The notes: generated from the sequence alone by a model not told the origin. Positions 1 to 9,573 are shown, counted from the stretch's first letter. The stretch: 32,000 nucleotides of DNA from Candidatus Altimarinota bacterium (GCA_041659405.1 JBAZYK010000006.1:70036-102035); one strand, 5' to 3'. Program-made: numbers and translations.

Positions 1-536
1 ACAGAATTCACAACTCCAACAAAATCACGTTTTCCAAGTGGTGGTTTGTAAAAAACCTTCAAATCATTTTGATCCTGCGAACTCTGATTTTGATCCATCA
101 ATGAAATTTTACTAATCTCCAAATCTTCAAATGAACTTATATTCATGGTTTGAACTGAATTTGCGCCACAAGCATCGGCATCATTACCCTGCACAGCGTG
201 ATAAGGATTTATCAAATATTGAACCGGAACGACCGGCTGACCACCCTGACCCTGACCATTTTGAGAATCAGAAACCCGCAAATCTACACCATAACAGGCA
301 ATTCCCGTTTGTGATTTTCCAGCTTCCTGAAATGTCACCAACTGCCCACTTTTAGCTTTCTGTTCCTGTTCTTTAAAAATACTAATAAGCGTATCCACAC
401 CCAATTCCAACTTGGCCTGTTTTCTGGTGGCGGCATAATTACCAACCGCAACCGCACCAATAATGCCAACGATTGTAATCACAACCAGCATTTCTATCAG
501 TGTAAAAGCCTTTCTTGTTTGAGGAGCCTTGCGCAT
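1..536 (-). CDS. Type IV prepilin-like protein (PilA/PulG-type), 3' end cut by window edge
   Basis: Minus-strand translation from ATG at 536: MRKAPQTRKAFTLIEMLVVITIVGIIGAVAVGNYAATRKQAKLE..., a class III signal peptide (KAFTLIEMLVV) followed by a hydrophobic helix; no stop before base 1. Confidence 0.9.
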   Translation of the reverse strand, partial: MRKAPQTRKAFTLIEMLVVITIVGIIGAVAVGNYAATRKQAKLELGVDTLISIFKEQEQKAKSGQLVTFQEAGKSQTGIACYGVDLRVSDSQNGQGQGGQPVVPVQYLINPYHAVQGNDADACGANSVQTMNISSFEDLEISKISLMDQNQSSQDQNDLKVFYKPPLGKRDFVGVVNS

Positions 537-555
537 CGAATCTTAGTACAAAAAA

Positions 556-1806
556 TTAAACCAGCTGACTTAAACGGAAAATCGGAGTAAGAATGGCCAA
601 AGCCAAAATCGCTACAGTCAAGCCAACAAACACGATCATAATTGGCTCAAATAATGAAGTTAAACGCTTCAAAGAATTATCAATTTCAAGATCATACTGC
701 TTGGCGATTTTTCCGGAGATCAAACCAATCGAAGCCGATTGTTCGCCAACCGCCAACATCTGCACAACTGTTTCCGGAAACAAAAAAGGCGTATCCATCA
801 AACTGCTGGAAATTTTTTCACCCTGCTGCACGCGGGAAATCACCTCAAAAACTTTCAAACGATAAAGTTCGCTACTTAATGAAGTCGCCACAATATTTAA
901 AATTTGAACCAAAGGCAAACCGGCTTCAACCAAAATTCCCAACATGCTTACAAAACGCAACACCAGCATGTTTCTAAAAAGTGGTCCCAGAATCGGTAAT
1001 TTCAATTTAAAATAATCCCATTTATAACGACCACTTTCTGTAGTAACTATAATTCTAAAAAGTAAAACGGCTATAATCAGGCCAAAAAGGACGGCCCACC
1101 AATAACCCGCAAAAATCGCACTAATCGTAATCAACAATTTGGTCGCAAACGGAAAATCGGCCTCTTTAAGACCACCTTCCTGCAAAAGATTAACCAGAGT
1201 TGGAATCACCCAAATTAACATTGCGGTAGAAGCCAAAACCAAAACGCCCAAAACCGCTATAGGATAAATAGAAGCGGTCACGAGTTTAATTTGAAGTTCA
1301 TTGGTTTTGCTGAGCTGCTCGGACAAACGAAGTAACATTTTATCCAGATTTCCCGCAGCTTCCCCGGCTTTCACCACACCAACTTCCAGTTCACCAAAAA
1401 CATTTGGAAAACGGGCCATGGATTCCGAAAGCGTTTTACCCTGACTAACGTTATAGGCAATTGTATTCAAAATACGGCGAAGACGTTCACTTTTGGTCCT
1501 ACCGGCAAGCATTTTTAAGCCCTGCATGGTTGGAATTCCGGCATCCACAATCACCGCCAAAAGTTGGAAAAAATAAGCTTTTTCCTGCAACGGCACATGA
1601 CTATGATCAACAAAAAAGTCATTCAAGCGCGTAAAAAGCGAATGCCTGGAAGCGTCATACAAACCATAAATAATTTCAGGCTTAGCGGCAGTCGCCTTGC
1701 TTTGACCGGCTTGCAGATCTTTTAAAACACTCTGCGAAGAACTCGTTGCATTGCTTGTGGCAGCAACAGGCGCTTCGTTCGAATTTGAGAAATTAATTTT
1801 TTCCAT
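556..1806 (-). CDS. pilC: Type IV pilus inner membrane protein PilC / type II secretion F family
   Basis: 416 aa ORF; two repeated GspF-like domains with motifs such as VQMLAVGEQSASIGLI and a C-terminal FEPIMIVFVGLTVAILALAILTPIF. Confidence 0.92.
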   Translation of the reverse strand: MEKINFSNSNEAPVAATSNATSSSQSVLKDLQAGQSKATAAKPEIIYGLYDASRHSLFTRLNDFFVDHSHVPLQEKAYFFQLLAVIVDAGIPTMQGLKMLAGRTKSERLRRILNTIAYNVSQGKTLSESMARFPNVFGELEVGVVKAGEAAGNLDKMLLRLSEQLSKTNELQIKLVTASIYPIAVLGVLVLASTAMLIWVIPTLVNLLQEGGLKEADFPFATKLLITISAIFAGYWWAVLFGLIIAVLLFRIIVTTESGRYKWDYFKLKLPILGPLFRNMLVLRFVSMLGILVEAGLPLVQILNIVATSLSSELYRLKVFEVISRVQQGEKISSSLMDTPFLFPETVVQMLAVGEQSASIGLISGKIAKQYDLEIDNSLKRLTSLFEPIMIVFVGLTVAILALAILTPIFRLSQLV

Positions 1807-1815
1807 AAAGTTTGA

Positions 1816-2373
1816 TTAAATTCGATCCTGATAATAAGTTTCCATGTTCAAATTAAAATTAACGCGGGTCGCACCGGTATCGGTTTTTCCGGTCTGCACC
1901 GTAATTGATTTCACCACCAATTTACGGGTATTCCCTTCAACCGCCCGCAAAAAATCAATCAAAGCGGTATCGCTGCTTGTAACATTAACATTTACAGTCG
2001 CCCTTTTAATTTTATCTTGAGTATTTCCGGCCAAACTAAAGTTCACGCCATTCAAAGTCACGTTGGCTTTTTGGGCAAGATCGGTCAAATCCTGCAAAAG
2101 TTTATCCTGTTCAAAACGCTCGGGAATAGAAGCCAAAGTTGTCTGCTGGCTGACTTCCGAACTTGCATTCAAGCTTTTCTGCAAATCCTGAAGATCCTGA
2201 TATTGCTTGGAGAAAGTATCTTTTTGCTGTTGCAGACTAAAGACCTCGGTTTTCAAGCCGCCCACCTCACTCCAAAGCGGACTAACGTAATAAAGGCCGC
2301 CTCCCAAAATAATCAAAAAAATGATTAAAGTTGGAAGAGCGTAATGTTTTTTGGATGATAAAGTCGTTGTCAT
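1816..2373 (-). CDS. PilO-like type IV pilus assembly protein
   Basis: 185 aa: one N-terminal TM helix, coiled coil, then a small alpha/beta domain; sits directly upstream of pilC in the same orientation. Confidence 0.6.
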   Translation of the reverse strand: MTTTLSSKKHYALPTLIIFLIILGGGLYYVSPLWSEVGGLKTEVFSLQQQKDTFSKQYQDLQDLQKSLNASSEVSQQTTLASIPERFEQDKLLQDLTDLAQKANVTLNGVNFSLAGNTQDKIKRATVNVNVTSSDTALIDFLRAVEGNTRKLVVKSITVQTGKTDTGATRVNFNLNMETYYQDRI

Positions 2374-2410
2374 AAAATTATTAAAATGGAAATTAATTTT
2401 GAGTTTAAGA

Positions 2411-3106
2411 TTATGGCACCAGGGTTTGTGTTAGGGCTGGAGCCACGGTTGGCGTTGCAGCCGGATTTACTGTCGGAGTTCTTGGAACCGGTTTTGGTTG
2501 AATTTGAACCGATTGATCAACTACAGGCGTTAAATTTTCCGGAGCCTGTTCGGTATATGTAACATTGAAAATAAAACTCAAAATGGTTTGGCCGTTATCG
2601 GCAAGGCCTTTAGTAACCGAAGGAATGTAAGCATCCCGGAAATAAGCACTATTGTTAAAAACATTAATAAGCTGAGAAACATCAGCAAATGGAGGAATTA
2701 CGGCCGGAGTTGTTTCCGCGTTAAGCGTCAATTTTCCACCCGCCGCTCCGGAATAAGACAAAAAGTGAATTTTTGAAGCATTGCTAAATGAATCAACCGG
2801 AATATTTTTCTGCAAAGCGCTCAAAACCTTTGACCAGACAATTTCGCTTTTTTGACTTTCAGCGAGCCAATTTTTGGCCAACTGAGCCGCCTCAATCTTT
2901 TTACTCTTCAAATCGTTAATTTGGGTTTGGAGCAAATCGACGTCGGTCTTTATTTGATCGCGCTGCGATACAATTGCCGACTTTTGGAAAAAAAGATAAA
3001 ATCCAGCTGCCGTTAATGAAAGAAGTAGAATAACCCCTAAAACAAGCAATGCCGGACTACTTTTTTGAACCTCGACGATCGAAGCTACCGTTTTTTTTGT
3101 TTCCAT
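2411..3106 (-). CDS. PilN-like / fimbrial assembly membrane protein
   Basis: 231 aa: N-terminal TM (LLVLGVILLLSLTAAGFYLFF) then a coiled coil, first gene of the pilus block. Confidence 0.55.
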   Translation of the reverse strand: METKKTVASIVEVQKSSPALLVLGVILLLSLTAAGFYLFFQKSAIVSQRDQIKTDVDLLQTQINDLKSKKIEAAQLAKNWLAESQKSEIVWSKVLSALQKNIPVDSFSNASKIHFLSYSGAAGGKLTLNAETTPAVIPPFADVSQLINVFNNSAYFRDAYIPSVTKGLADNGQTILSFIFNVTYTEQAPENLTPVVDQSVQIQPKPVPRTPTVNPAATPTVAPALTQTLVP

Positions 3107-3150
3107 AGGTTTTAGAAAAGGATTAAATCTCTATATAATACCATTTTTCA

Positions 3151-3552
3151 GTGAAAAAATCTACTGCCAAAACTGCTAAAAAGGGTCATCCAAGCAAAAA
3201 ATCGTCTGCCCGGGGTGAAAAAACCACCGAAAGGCGCAATTTCATCCATCTTAACGAGGGATTTAGCTGTGGCAAATGCGGCAAAATGAACCCAAAAGCT
3301 GCAGGAACCTGCCGCAACCATTGCCGATTTTGCCTGTTTTCAAGACATGTCGATGCCAAAGTCCCCGGCGACCGCGCAAGCAAATGCCAAAATTTGATGG
3401 AACCGGTGGCAATCAAAGCCGATGGAAAAAAGGGCTTTCAAATTCTGCATCGTTGCCTTGAATGCGACAAAGAAATCTGGAACAAAAAAGCCGATGACGA
3501 TGAACTTGATGCGATTATCGCTCTTATGCAAAGACAGAACAACTCAAATTAA
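3151..3552 (+). CDS. RNHCP domain protein (small Cys-rich putative zinc-binding protein)
   Basis: 133 aa with FSCGKCG...AGTCRNHCRFCLFSRHVD...PGDRASKC...HRCLECDKEIWNK, matching the RNHCP motif organisation. Confidence 0.8.
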   Translation: MKKSTAKTAKKGHPSKKSSARGEKTTERRNFIHLNEGFSCGKCGKMNPKAAGTCRNHCRFCLFSRHVDAKVPGDRASKCQNLMEPVAIKADGKKGFQILHRCLECDKEIWNKKADDDELDAIIALMQRQNNSN

Positions 3553-3593
3553 AACTTCGGCAAACCAACCGAAAATGTCACAAAAAACTTCTT

Positions 3594-4658
3594 ATGACGG
3601 AAAACGAATTCGAAAAAAATCTGGATACATATCTAAAAAACGGCTCCACCATGATCGTGGGCGTTTCCGGCGGCCCCGATTCGATCTATTTATTAAAGCG
3701 CCTTTTTGACTATTCTCAAAACCACCAACTCAAAATTATTGTTGCCCATGTAAATCATGGTTTGCGCGGTAAAGAAAATCAGATCGAAGAAAAATTCGTC
3801 CAAAATCTGGCAATAAAATATGAATTCCCTTTTGAATCAATCAAACTTCATCTAAAAACCCTGCACGGAAAGAAGCCCACTCCGCCCGCTACAAAAAAAG
3901 AAACTTCATTCGTGGCAAAATCCCAAAAAAACGGGGAAACCAACGGCAATCTGGAAGAAATCGCCCGCCAAAAGCGTTACGCCTTTTTTGAAAAATTGCG
4001 TCAAAAATATGATGCCGATTACGTTATTGTCGCCCATCACCTTAATGACAATATCGAAACCGCCCTTTTTAATCTGATCCGCGGAGCCTCTTTTCAGGGC
4101 ATTAAAGGCATGAAAATGTACAACCACCAAACGCACATTTTAAGACCGCTGCTCAAAATCACCAAAAAAGAAATTCTTGATTTTCTAAAGAAAAACAAAC
4201 TTAAATCTCACTTTGATGAAAGCAACAAGGATCTGCGATTTTCCCGCAACCTTCTGCGCCAAAAAGCCATTCCACTTTTTAATAAAATCAACTCCGGGTT
4301 TGAAAAAACTTTCCAGGAAAATCTTCAAAATTTCACCGAAATTGCCGAATTTATTGAAGAAAAAAGTACAACGTGGCTCCAAAAAAATCTGCAGGATCAA
4401 CGTTTTCCGCTTACAAAGTTTCTTGAACTCCCCTCGTTCCTCCAAAAAAACATTCTCGTCCAGCTTTATCAAACAACTTACGGCTCAACCAACAAACTCA
4501 CACTCCAACAACTTCAGGAAATTTTAAAAGTTTTAAAACTCCAAAAATCCAATCGCAAAAAAGAATTTGGCACCCGATTTTTCATTCAAGTCATCAAAAA
4601 AAACGAAAGCTCCCCGCGTGAAGTTGAACTCAAATTGAAGCCATTGAAAAAAGCTTAA
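3594..4658 (+). CDS. tilS: tRNA(Ile)-lysidine synthase
   Basis: 354 aa with the PP-loop motif [13 protein letters not shown], then [34 protein letters not shown] and ILRPLL. Confidence 0.93.
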   Translation: MTENEFEKNLDTYLKNGSTMIVGVSGGPDSIYLLKRLFDYSQNHQLKIIVAHVNHGLRGKENQIEEKFVQNLAIKYEFPFESIKLHLKTLHGKKPTPPATKKETSFVAKSQKNGETNGNLEEIARQKRYAFFEKLRQKYDADYVIVAHHLNDNIETALFNLIRGASFQGIKGMKMYNHQTHILRPLLKITKKEILDFLKKNKLKSHFDESNKDLRFSRNLLRQKAIPLFNKINSGFEKTFQENLQNFTEIAEFIEEKSTTWLQKNLQDQRFPLTKFLELPSFLQKNILVQLYQTTYGSTNKLTLQQLQEILKVLKLQKSNRKKEFGTRFFIQVIKKNESSPREVELKLKPLKKA

Positions 4659-4689
4659 AAAAGTCTACAATAGTGACACCTTAAAAGAT

Positions 4690-6603
4690 ATGCCAATGCT
4701 TAAAATACAAAACCGAAAACCCGGAAACAGTTTCATTTATTTAATAGTAGCCGCTTTAATAATTGCCGCCGCCTTCATTATTTTTAGTCCGGGCAGCAGC
4801 AACATCAAAAAAATCACCCTGGACCAATTCGTTCAGCAGGCCAAAAGTGGTGAAATCGGAAAAATATCCTTAAGCGATAACAAGCTCAACATCACCAGAA
4901 TTGATGATACCAAGGAATATACCTATAAAGAAGGAGGTCAAACCATCAGTGATCTTTTAAAAGACGTACCGGAACAATCCAAAAAAGATATCCAGATTGA
5001 TATTCAGGCACCGGACGGCCAGGACTTTTGGCTAAATCTGATCATCAGCATTTTACCCTTCTTATTAATAGTTGGATTTTTTGCCTTCATGATGCGCCAG
5101 GCGCAAAGCAGCAATAATCAGGCTATGTCTTTTGGTAAAAGCAAAGCCCGCCTTTATGATAAAGATAAACAAAAAACCACTTTTCAGGATGTGGCCGGTG
5201 CCAAAGAAGCCAAAGAAGAATTGATTGAAATTGTCGATTTCCTTAAAAACCCAACCAAATATACGCAAATGGGAGCCAAAATTCCTAAAGGTGTACTTTT
5301 GGTGGGAGCCCCCGGAACAGGTAAAACTTTGCTCGCCCGCGCAGTTGCCGGTGAAGCCAACGTACCTTTCTTTAACATCTCCGGTTCTGAATTTGTAGAA
5401 ATGTTTGTGGGAGTTGGAGCAAGCCGTGTTCGCGACCTGTTTAAAAAAGCAAAACGCAACGCTCCATGTATTATTTTCATTGATGAAATCGATGCCGTTG
5501 GCCGCCAGCGCGGAACAGGACTCGGTGGAGGACATGATGAACGTGAACAAACTTTGAATCAGATTTTGACCGAAATGGATGGTTTTGAAAAAGACACCAA
5601 TGTTATTGTAATGGCTGCCACAAACCGTCCAGACGTTTTGGATCCGGCGCTTCTTCGCCCGGGTCGCTTTGATCGTCGCATTGTTGTGGATGTTCCGGAC
5701 ATGGAAGATCGTGAAGCAATTTTAAAGGTTCACGGCCGCAATAAACCTTTGGCAAAAGAGTGTGATCTTCTGAAAATTGCTCAACACACTCCTGGTTTTG
5801 CCGGTGCCGATCTTGAAAACTTGATGAACGAAGCTGCCATTTTAACCGCTCGCCGTAACAAAAAACAGGTAACCATGTCCGAGCTTGAAGAGTCTATTGA
5901 AAAAGTTATGATGGGCCCGGAACGCAAATCCCGAGTACTTTCAAAAAAAGAAAAAGAGATCACCGCTTATCATGAAACAGGTCATGCTTTGGTGGCTCAA
6001 CTTCTGCCAAATTGCGACCCGGTTCATAAAGTTTCAATCATCTCACGCGGTATGGCTTTGGGTGTTACCTGGTTCTTGCCAGAAGAAGATAAGCACCTTT
6101 ATCTTCGCAGCAAATTTGAAGATGAAATGTGTTCACTTTTAGGTGGATATTTATCTGAAATCGCAATCTTTGGCGAAATGACCACAGGTGCTTCAAATGA
6201 CCTTGAAAGAGCAACTCAAATCGCCCGCAACATGGTTACAAAATATGGTATGAGCAGACTTGGCCCGGTCATTTTTGGTGAGCAGAATCACGAAGTTTTC
6301 TTAGGCCGCGATTTTGGCCATGTCAGAAATTACTCAGAAGAAGTTGCTAAAGAAATCGATGAAGAAGTAAAAGAAATCATCAAAAAAGCCGAAATCAGAA
6401 CAAAGGATATCATCCAAAAACATTTGGATAAAATCCACATCATTGCCAAGTTTTTGATCGAAAAAGAAACTATCAACCGTAAACAATTCCTAAAATTCTT
6501 TGGTGAAAAAGAAGAAAAAGAAATCGAAAAAAAGAAACGCAAAATGGCCGAAATGAACGAGACCGAAGCCACCGAAGAAAAAGCAAAAACCACCGAAAAT
6601 TAA
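4690..6603 (+). CDS. ftsH: ATP-dependent zinc metalloprotease FtsH
   Basis: 637 aa: 2 TM segments, Walker [18 protein letters not shown], Walker [39 protein letters not shown], zinc site HETGHA. Confidence 0.98.
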   Translation: MPMLKIQNRKPGNSFIYLIVAALIIAAAFIIFSPGSSNIKKITLDQFVQQAKSGEIGKISLSDNKLNITRIDDTKEYTYKEGGQTISDLLKDVPEQSKKDIQIDIQAPDGQDFWLNLIISILPFLLIVGFFAFMMRQAQSSNNQAMSFGKSKARLYDKDKQKTTFQDVAGAKEAKEELIEIVDFLKNPTKYTQMGAKIPKGVLLVGAPGTGKTLLARAVAGEANVPFFNISGSEFVEMFVGVGASRVRDLFKKAKRNAPCIIFIDEIDAVGRQRGTGLGGGHDEREQTLNQILTEMDGFEKDTNVIVMAATNRPDVLDPALLRPGRFDRRIVVDVPDMEDREAILKVHGRNKPLAKECDLLKIAQHTPGFAGADLENLMNEAAILTARRNKKQVTMSELEESIEKVMMGPERKSRVLSKKEKEITAYHETGHALVAQLLPNCDPVHKVSIISRGMALGVTWFLPEEDKHLYLRSKFEDEMCSLLGGYLSEIAIFGEMTTGASNDLERATQIARNMVTKYGMSRLGPVIFGEQNHEVFLGRDFGHVRNYSEEVAKEIDEEVKEIIKKAEIRTKDIIQKHLDKIHIIAKFLIEKETINRKQFLKFFGEKEEKEIEKKKRKMAEMNETEATEEKAKTTEN

Positions 6604-6614
6604 AAAAACATCCG

Positions 6615-6694
6615 TGTTCAGTTTATGGAATATTATTTGAACACACAGGGCCCCTACCCCGGATGTGTTCAAATAATATTCCATAAACTGAACA
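6615..6694 (-). repeat. Hairpin repeat unit 1: perfect 31-bp inverted repeat with 18-nt loop
   Basis: Arms 6615-6645 and 6664-6694 are exact reverse complements. The loop 6646-6663 read on the minus strand is TCCGGGGTAGGGGCCCTG. Located between ftsH stop and hsp20 start. Confidence 0.95.
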
Positions 6695-6713
6695 ATCATT
6701 AATCACTAATTAA

Positions 6714-7217
6714 ATGAGAAAGCTTGTTGCAACAGCTTCTGTTCAAACCCAAAATAAACGTGTTTCCCCTGCTTCCACACGGAATGCAGCCGGCGCGCCA
6801 AGAACGGCTTCAAGAAACGCCATAGTAAGTGGAGCTTCCGGTTCCTCACCTTTTACCAATGCACCTTTAACCGCAAGCTCGGAAGAAGGCCAGTTGGCCC
6901 TGGACGTGTATCAAACTCCTACGGAAATTATAGTCATGGCGCCAATTGCCGGCGTAAAACTTTCCGATTTGAATGTAACAATGACCGAAGACGTACTGAC
7001 TATTAAAGGAAATCGTTATCTCGAATTTGATATTCCCGAACAAGACTATTTAACCCAGGAATGTTTTTGGGGCGACTTCAGCCGATCAATCGTTCTACCG
7101 GCATCGGTCGATTCCACCAAAATCAACGCCAGCTTCAAAGACGGCGTCCTAAAAGTCTCAATCCCCAGAACCGAACCAACAAAAACGAAGATAATACGAA
7201 TTAAAACCGACTTATAA
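6714..7217 (+). CDS. Hsp20/alpha-crystallin family small heat shock protein
   Basis: 167 aa; C-terminal alpha-crystallin domain (LALDVYQTPTEIIVMAPIAGVKLSDLNVTMTEDVLTIKGNR...FSRSIVLPASVDSTKINASFKDGVLKVSIPR). Confidence 0.9.
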   Translation: MRKLVATASVQTQNKRVSPASTRNAAGAPRTASRNAIVSGASGSSPFTNAPLTASSEEGQLALDVYQTPTEIIVMAPIAGVKLSDLNVTMTEDVLTIKGNRYLEFDIPEQDYLTQECFWGDFSRSIVLPASVDSTKINASFKDGVLKVSIPRTEPTKTKIIRIKTDL

Positions 7218-7246
7218 CGAATTATAAAAAAAATAATTATAAGCGT

Positions 7247-7328
7247 GTATTCGGATTGTAAGAATATTTCTGAACACATCCGGGGTAGGGGCCCTGTGTG
7301 TGAAGGAATATTGTTACAATCTGAATAC
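7247..7328 (+). repeat. Hairpin repeat unit 2
   Basis: Left arm 7247-7278 pairs with 7297-7328 over 32 positions with a few mismatches/wobbles. The 18-nt loop (7279-7296) is TCCGGGGTAGGGGCCCTG, identical to unit 1 on its minus strand. Confidence 0.9.
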
Positions 7329-7389
7329 CACCTGAACACAATCCGGGGTAGGGGCCCTGTGTGCGAAGGGGTACTTCTATATTCTGAAC
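7322..7389 (+). repeat. Hairpin repeat unit 3 (tandem with unit 2, imperfect stem)
   Basis: TGAACACA-ATCCGGGGTAGGGGCCCTG-TGTGCGAAGG; shares the unit 2 core with one extra A in the loop. Stem is imperfect; ends 5'-CTGAATAC...TCTGAAC. Boundaries approximate. Confidence 0.75.
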
Positions 7390-7400
7390 ACCCCCCTACT

Positions 7401-8267
7401 ATGAAGATTAGAAAAGCTGTTTTCCCCGCCGCCGGTTTCGGCACCCGTTTCCTCCCCGTCACCAAATCGCAACCCAAAGAAATGTTGCCGATTGTGGATA
7501 AACCGGTCATCCAATATCTGGTTGAAGAAGCCGTTGCGTCCGGAATTGAAGAAATTATTATTGTCACCGGCCGCGGTAAACGTTCCATTGAAGATCATTT
7601 TGATTATTCTTTCGAGCTTGAGCACACGCTGGTTGAAAAGGGCAAACACTCACTTTTAAAAGAAGTCCGTGCCATTTCCAAACTGGCCAAGTTTATCTAT
7701 GTGCGCCAGCCTATGCCGCTTGGTGATGGCCACGCCATCCTTTGCGCCAAGGAAGTTGTTGGCAATGAACCTTTCGCCGTTCTTTTTGGAGATGACATTG
7801 TGGATTACAAAGTTCCGGCCTTAAAACAGCTGATTGATGTTTATAATAAGACCGGCTGCAGCGTCCTTGGGCTCCAAGAAATCGACCCAAAAGAAAGTGA
7901 AAACTACGGCATGATCAAAGCAAAAAAAGGTTCAAGCCATGATCGTCTATGTGAAATTGAAAAGCTTGTTGAAAAACCAAGTCCGGAAAAAGCTCCTTCC
8001 AATCTTGGAATTATCGGAAAATATATAGTAACACCGGAAATCATTGAGGCTCTGGAAAAGGCCAAACCAAGCCACGGAGGTGAAATAAGACTCATTGACG
8101 GGTTTTCCCAACTCCTCAAAAAACAAAAAATTTACGGCTACGAAATCATGGGAAAAAGATATGACACCGGCACCAAAATGGGGCTCATCACCGCCACCAT
8201 CGATTTTGCCCTAAAGCGCAAAGACCTTGGCCCGGAACTTAGAAAATACCTAAAAAGCCTAGAGTAA
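7401..8267 (+). CDS. galU: UTP--glucose-1-phosphate uridylyltransferase
   Basis: Starts MKIRKAVFPAAGFGTRFLPVTKSQPKEMLPIVDKPVIQYLVEEA, a nucleotidyltransferase signature. The track ORF start at 7245 lies inside the hairpin repeats and is not used. Confidence 0.95.
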   Translation: MKIRKAVFPAAGFGTRFLPVTKSQPKEMLPIVDKPVIQYLVEEAVASGIEEIIIVTGRGKRSIEDHFDYSFELEHTLVEKGKHSLLKEVRAISKLAKFIYVRQPMPLGDGHAILCAKEVVGNEPFAVLFGDDIVDYKVPALKQLIDVYNKTGCSVLGLQEIDPKESENYGMIKAKKGSSHDRLCEIEKLVEKPSPEKAPSNLGIIGKYIVTPEIIEALEKAKPSHGGEIRLIDGFSQLLKKQKIYGYEIMGKRYDTGTKMGLITATIDFALKRKDLGPELRKYLKSLE

Positions 8268-8328
8268 AAACCTCTAAAGCTGCAAAATCAGCCCAAAACC
8301 GGCAAAATAAACGCCTTAAACTTCGTGG

Positions 8329-8357
8329 TTGAGTTTTTAGGCGTTTTCAGCTATAAT
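8329..8357 (+). promoter_or_regulatory. Putative sigma70-type promoter for the TPR gene
   Basis: TTGAGT (8329-8334), 17-bp spacer, TATAAT (8352-8357), 30 nt upstream of ATG 8388. Confidence 0.65.
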
Positions 8358-8387
8358 GTTCGGATAACAAAAATAAAAACAAACAAT

Positions 8388-8996
8388 ATGATGAAGGAAC
8401 AAACCCCGCTTAATCCTTTGTTGGAGGAGGCCGAACAAAAAAAGTTAAAGGGTGAACATTTGGAAGCCATCAAGGTTTGTGAAAAAATCCTGATCAATGA
8501 TTTGGATTGCATTGAAGCCTACGAAGAAATTGGCGACAACTATTTAAGTCTGCGCCAGTACGACAAGGCCAAGAAAGCCCTTGCCAGAGCCATTCATCTT
8601 GATGCCCGCAGTGCCAACGCCAATTATCTTTCGGGCTTTGTTTTTTCCGCGATCGGCAACTTTAAAAAATCAATTGAATACCTTGAACGTGCCGATGAAA
8701 TCCAACCAAATCATCCGGAAATTTTACGTTGTCTGGGTTGGTCAATTTTTCATGATGGCCAACGCAAACGCGGCGTGATCCTTTTGGAAAGAGCTTTGAA
8801 TTTAAAGAAAGATGATCCATTAATTTTAAGCGATTTGGGAATTTGCTATTTAAATGACAAGAATTTTGACCGTTCATCTGTGCTTTTCAAACGCGTGCTG
8901 GAAATCGAACCACAAAACGAAAAAGCCCGCGAATGCCTAAACGCCGTCAGATTCTTCCAAAAAGAATTCAAAAAGTTCCGACAGGAGAATAGCTAA
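8388..8996 (+). CDS. Tetratricopeptide repeat protein
   Basis: Tandem TPR-like repeats (CIEAYEEIGDNYLSLRQYDKAKKALARAI; ANANYLSGFVFSAIGNFKKSIEYLERADEI; PLILSDLGICYLNDKNFDRSSVLFKRVLEI). Confidence 0.88.
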   Translation: MMKEQTPLNPLLEEAEQKKLKGEHLEAIKVCEKILINDLDCIEAYEEIGDNYLSLRQYDKAKKALARAIHLDARSANANYLSGFVFSAIGNFKKSIEYLERADEIQPNHPEILRCLGWSIFHDGQRKRGVILLERALNLKKDDPLILSDLGICYLNDKNFDRSSVLFKRVLEIEPQNEKARECLNAVRFFQKEFKKFRQENS

Positions 8997-9023
8997 ACTC
9001 ACTCCGCTCGCGATAACAGGATT

Positions 9024-9284
9024 TCACAATCCTTCATAAATATCCTTACGATGCCTGGCATAAATAAGGATAATTTTTTGCTTTTCCAGTTTAAAAACCA
9101 GGCGATAATCACCAATTCTAAATCTAAAAACATCTTTATATCCCTTGAGTTTTTTGGCAAACAACAAAGGGTTTTCAGTCTTTATCAAAAAACTCAGTTT
9201 TTCTTTTATTCTCGGCTGAAGACTTTTCTCCAGTTTATTAAAATCATCAACAAAATCTTTAGTGGTGATAAATTCGTACATCAA
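9024..9284 (-). CDS. RelE/ParE-superfamily toxin
   Basis: 86 aa: FVDDFNKLEKSLQPRIKEKLSFL...NPLLFAKKLKGYKDVFRFRIGDYRLVFKLEKQKIILIYARHRKDIY, the typical RelE-like pattern, next to an antitoxin-like gene. Confidence 0.88.
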   Translation of the reverse strand: MMYEFITTKDFVDDFNKLEKSLQPRIKEKLSFLIKTENPLLFAKKLKGYKDVFRFRIGDYRLVFKLEKQKIILIYARHRKDIYEGL

Positions 9285-9545
9285 TTACAAAATAGATTCT
9301 AAAGGGAATTTTTTGGCCTTCTTAAGCTTTTTCAAGCTTGCATCCAGCTCTGTTTTAAACTCATTTTTTAACGGCAGATTTTCTTCGATTAAATCTTCAA
9401 ACTCCTGTTTACTCAAAAAAATACCAATCTCCTTGCCATTTTTAACAATACGAACAATTTTGGCATCAAGAGCTTTAGCCGGATTTTTTTGCAATTCCGA
9501 AAGCGAAACAATCTTTTCTTTGCTTAATACGGACGAGGTGGTCAT
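9285..9545 (-). CDS. Phd/YefM- or RelB-like antitoxin
   Basis: 86 aa from ATG 9545: MTTSSVLSKEKIVSLSELQKNPAKALDAKIVRIVKNGKEIGIFLSKQEFEDLIEE...; directly abuts the toxin gene. The longer 192-aa track ORF adds an N-terminus with no support. Confidence 0.8.
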   Translation of the reverse strand: MTTSSVLSKEKIVSLSELQKNPAKALDAKIVRIVKNGKEIGIFLSKQEFEDLIEENLPLKNEFKTELDASLKKLKKAKKFPLESIL

Positions 9546-9573
9546 ATAAAGTTTATAGTTAAATACTACTATA

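Noticed and set aside
6615-7389. CRISPR array
   Set aside because: Only three units at this locus, one in the opposite orientation, no regular spacers of equal length, and no cas genes in the window. They are hairpin elements instead.
7245-7400. Upstream part of the 340-aa galU-containing ORF in the track
   Set aside because: The first 52 codons translate the hairpin repeats (...RGRGPVCEG... twice). GalU homology begins at MKIRKAVFPAAG (7401).
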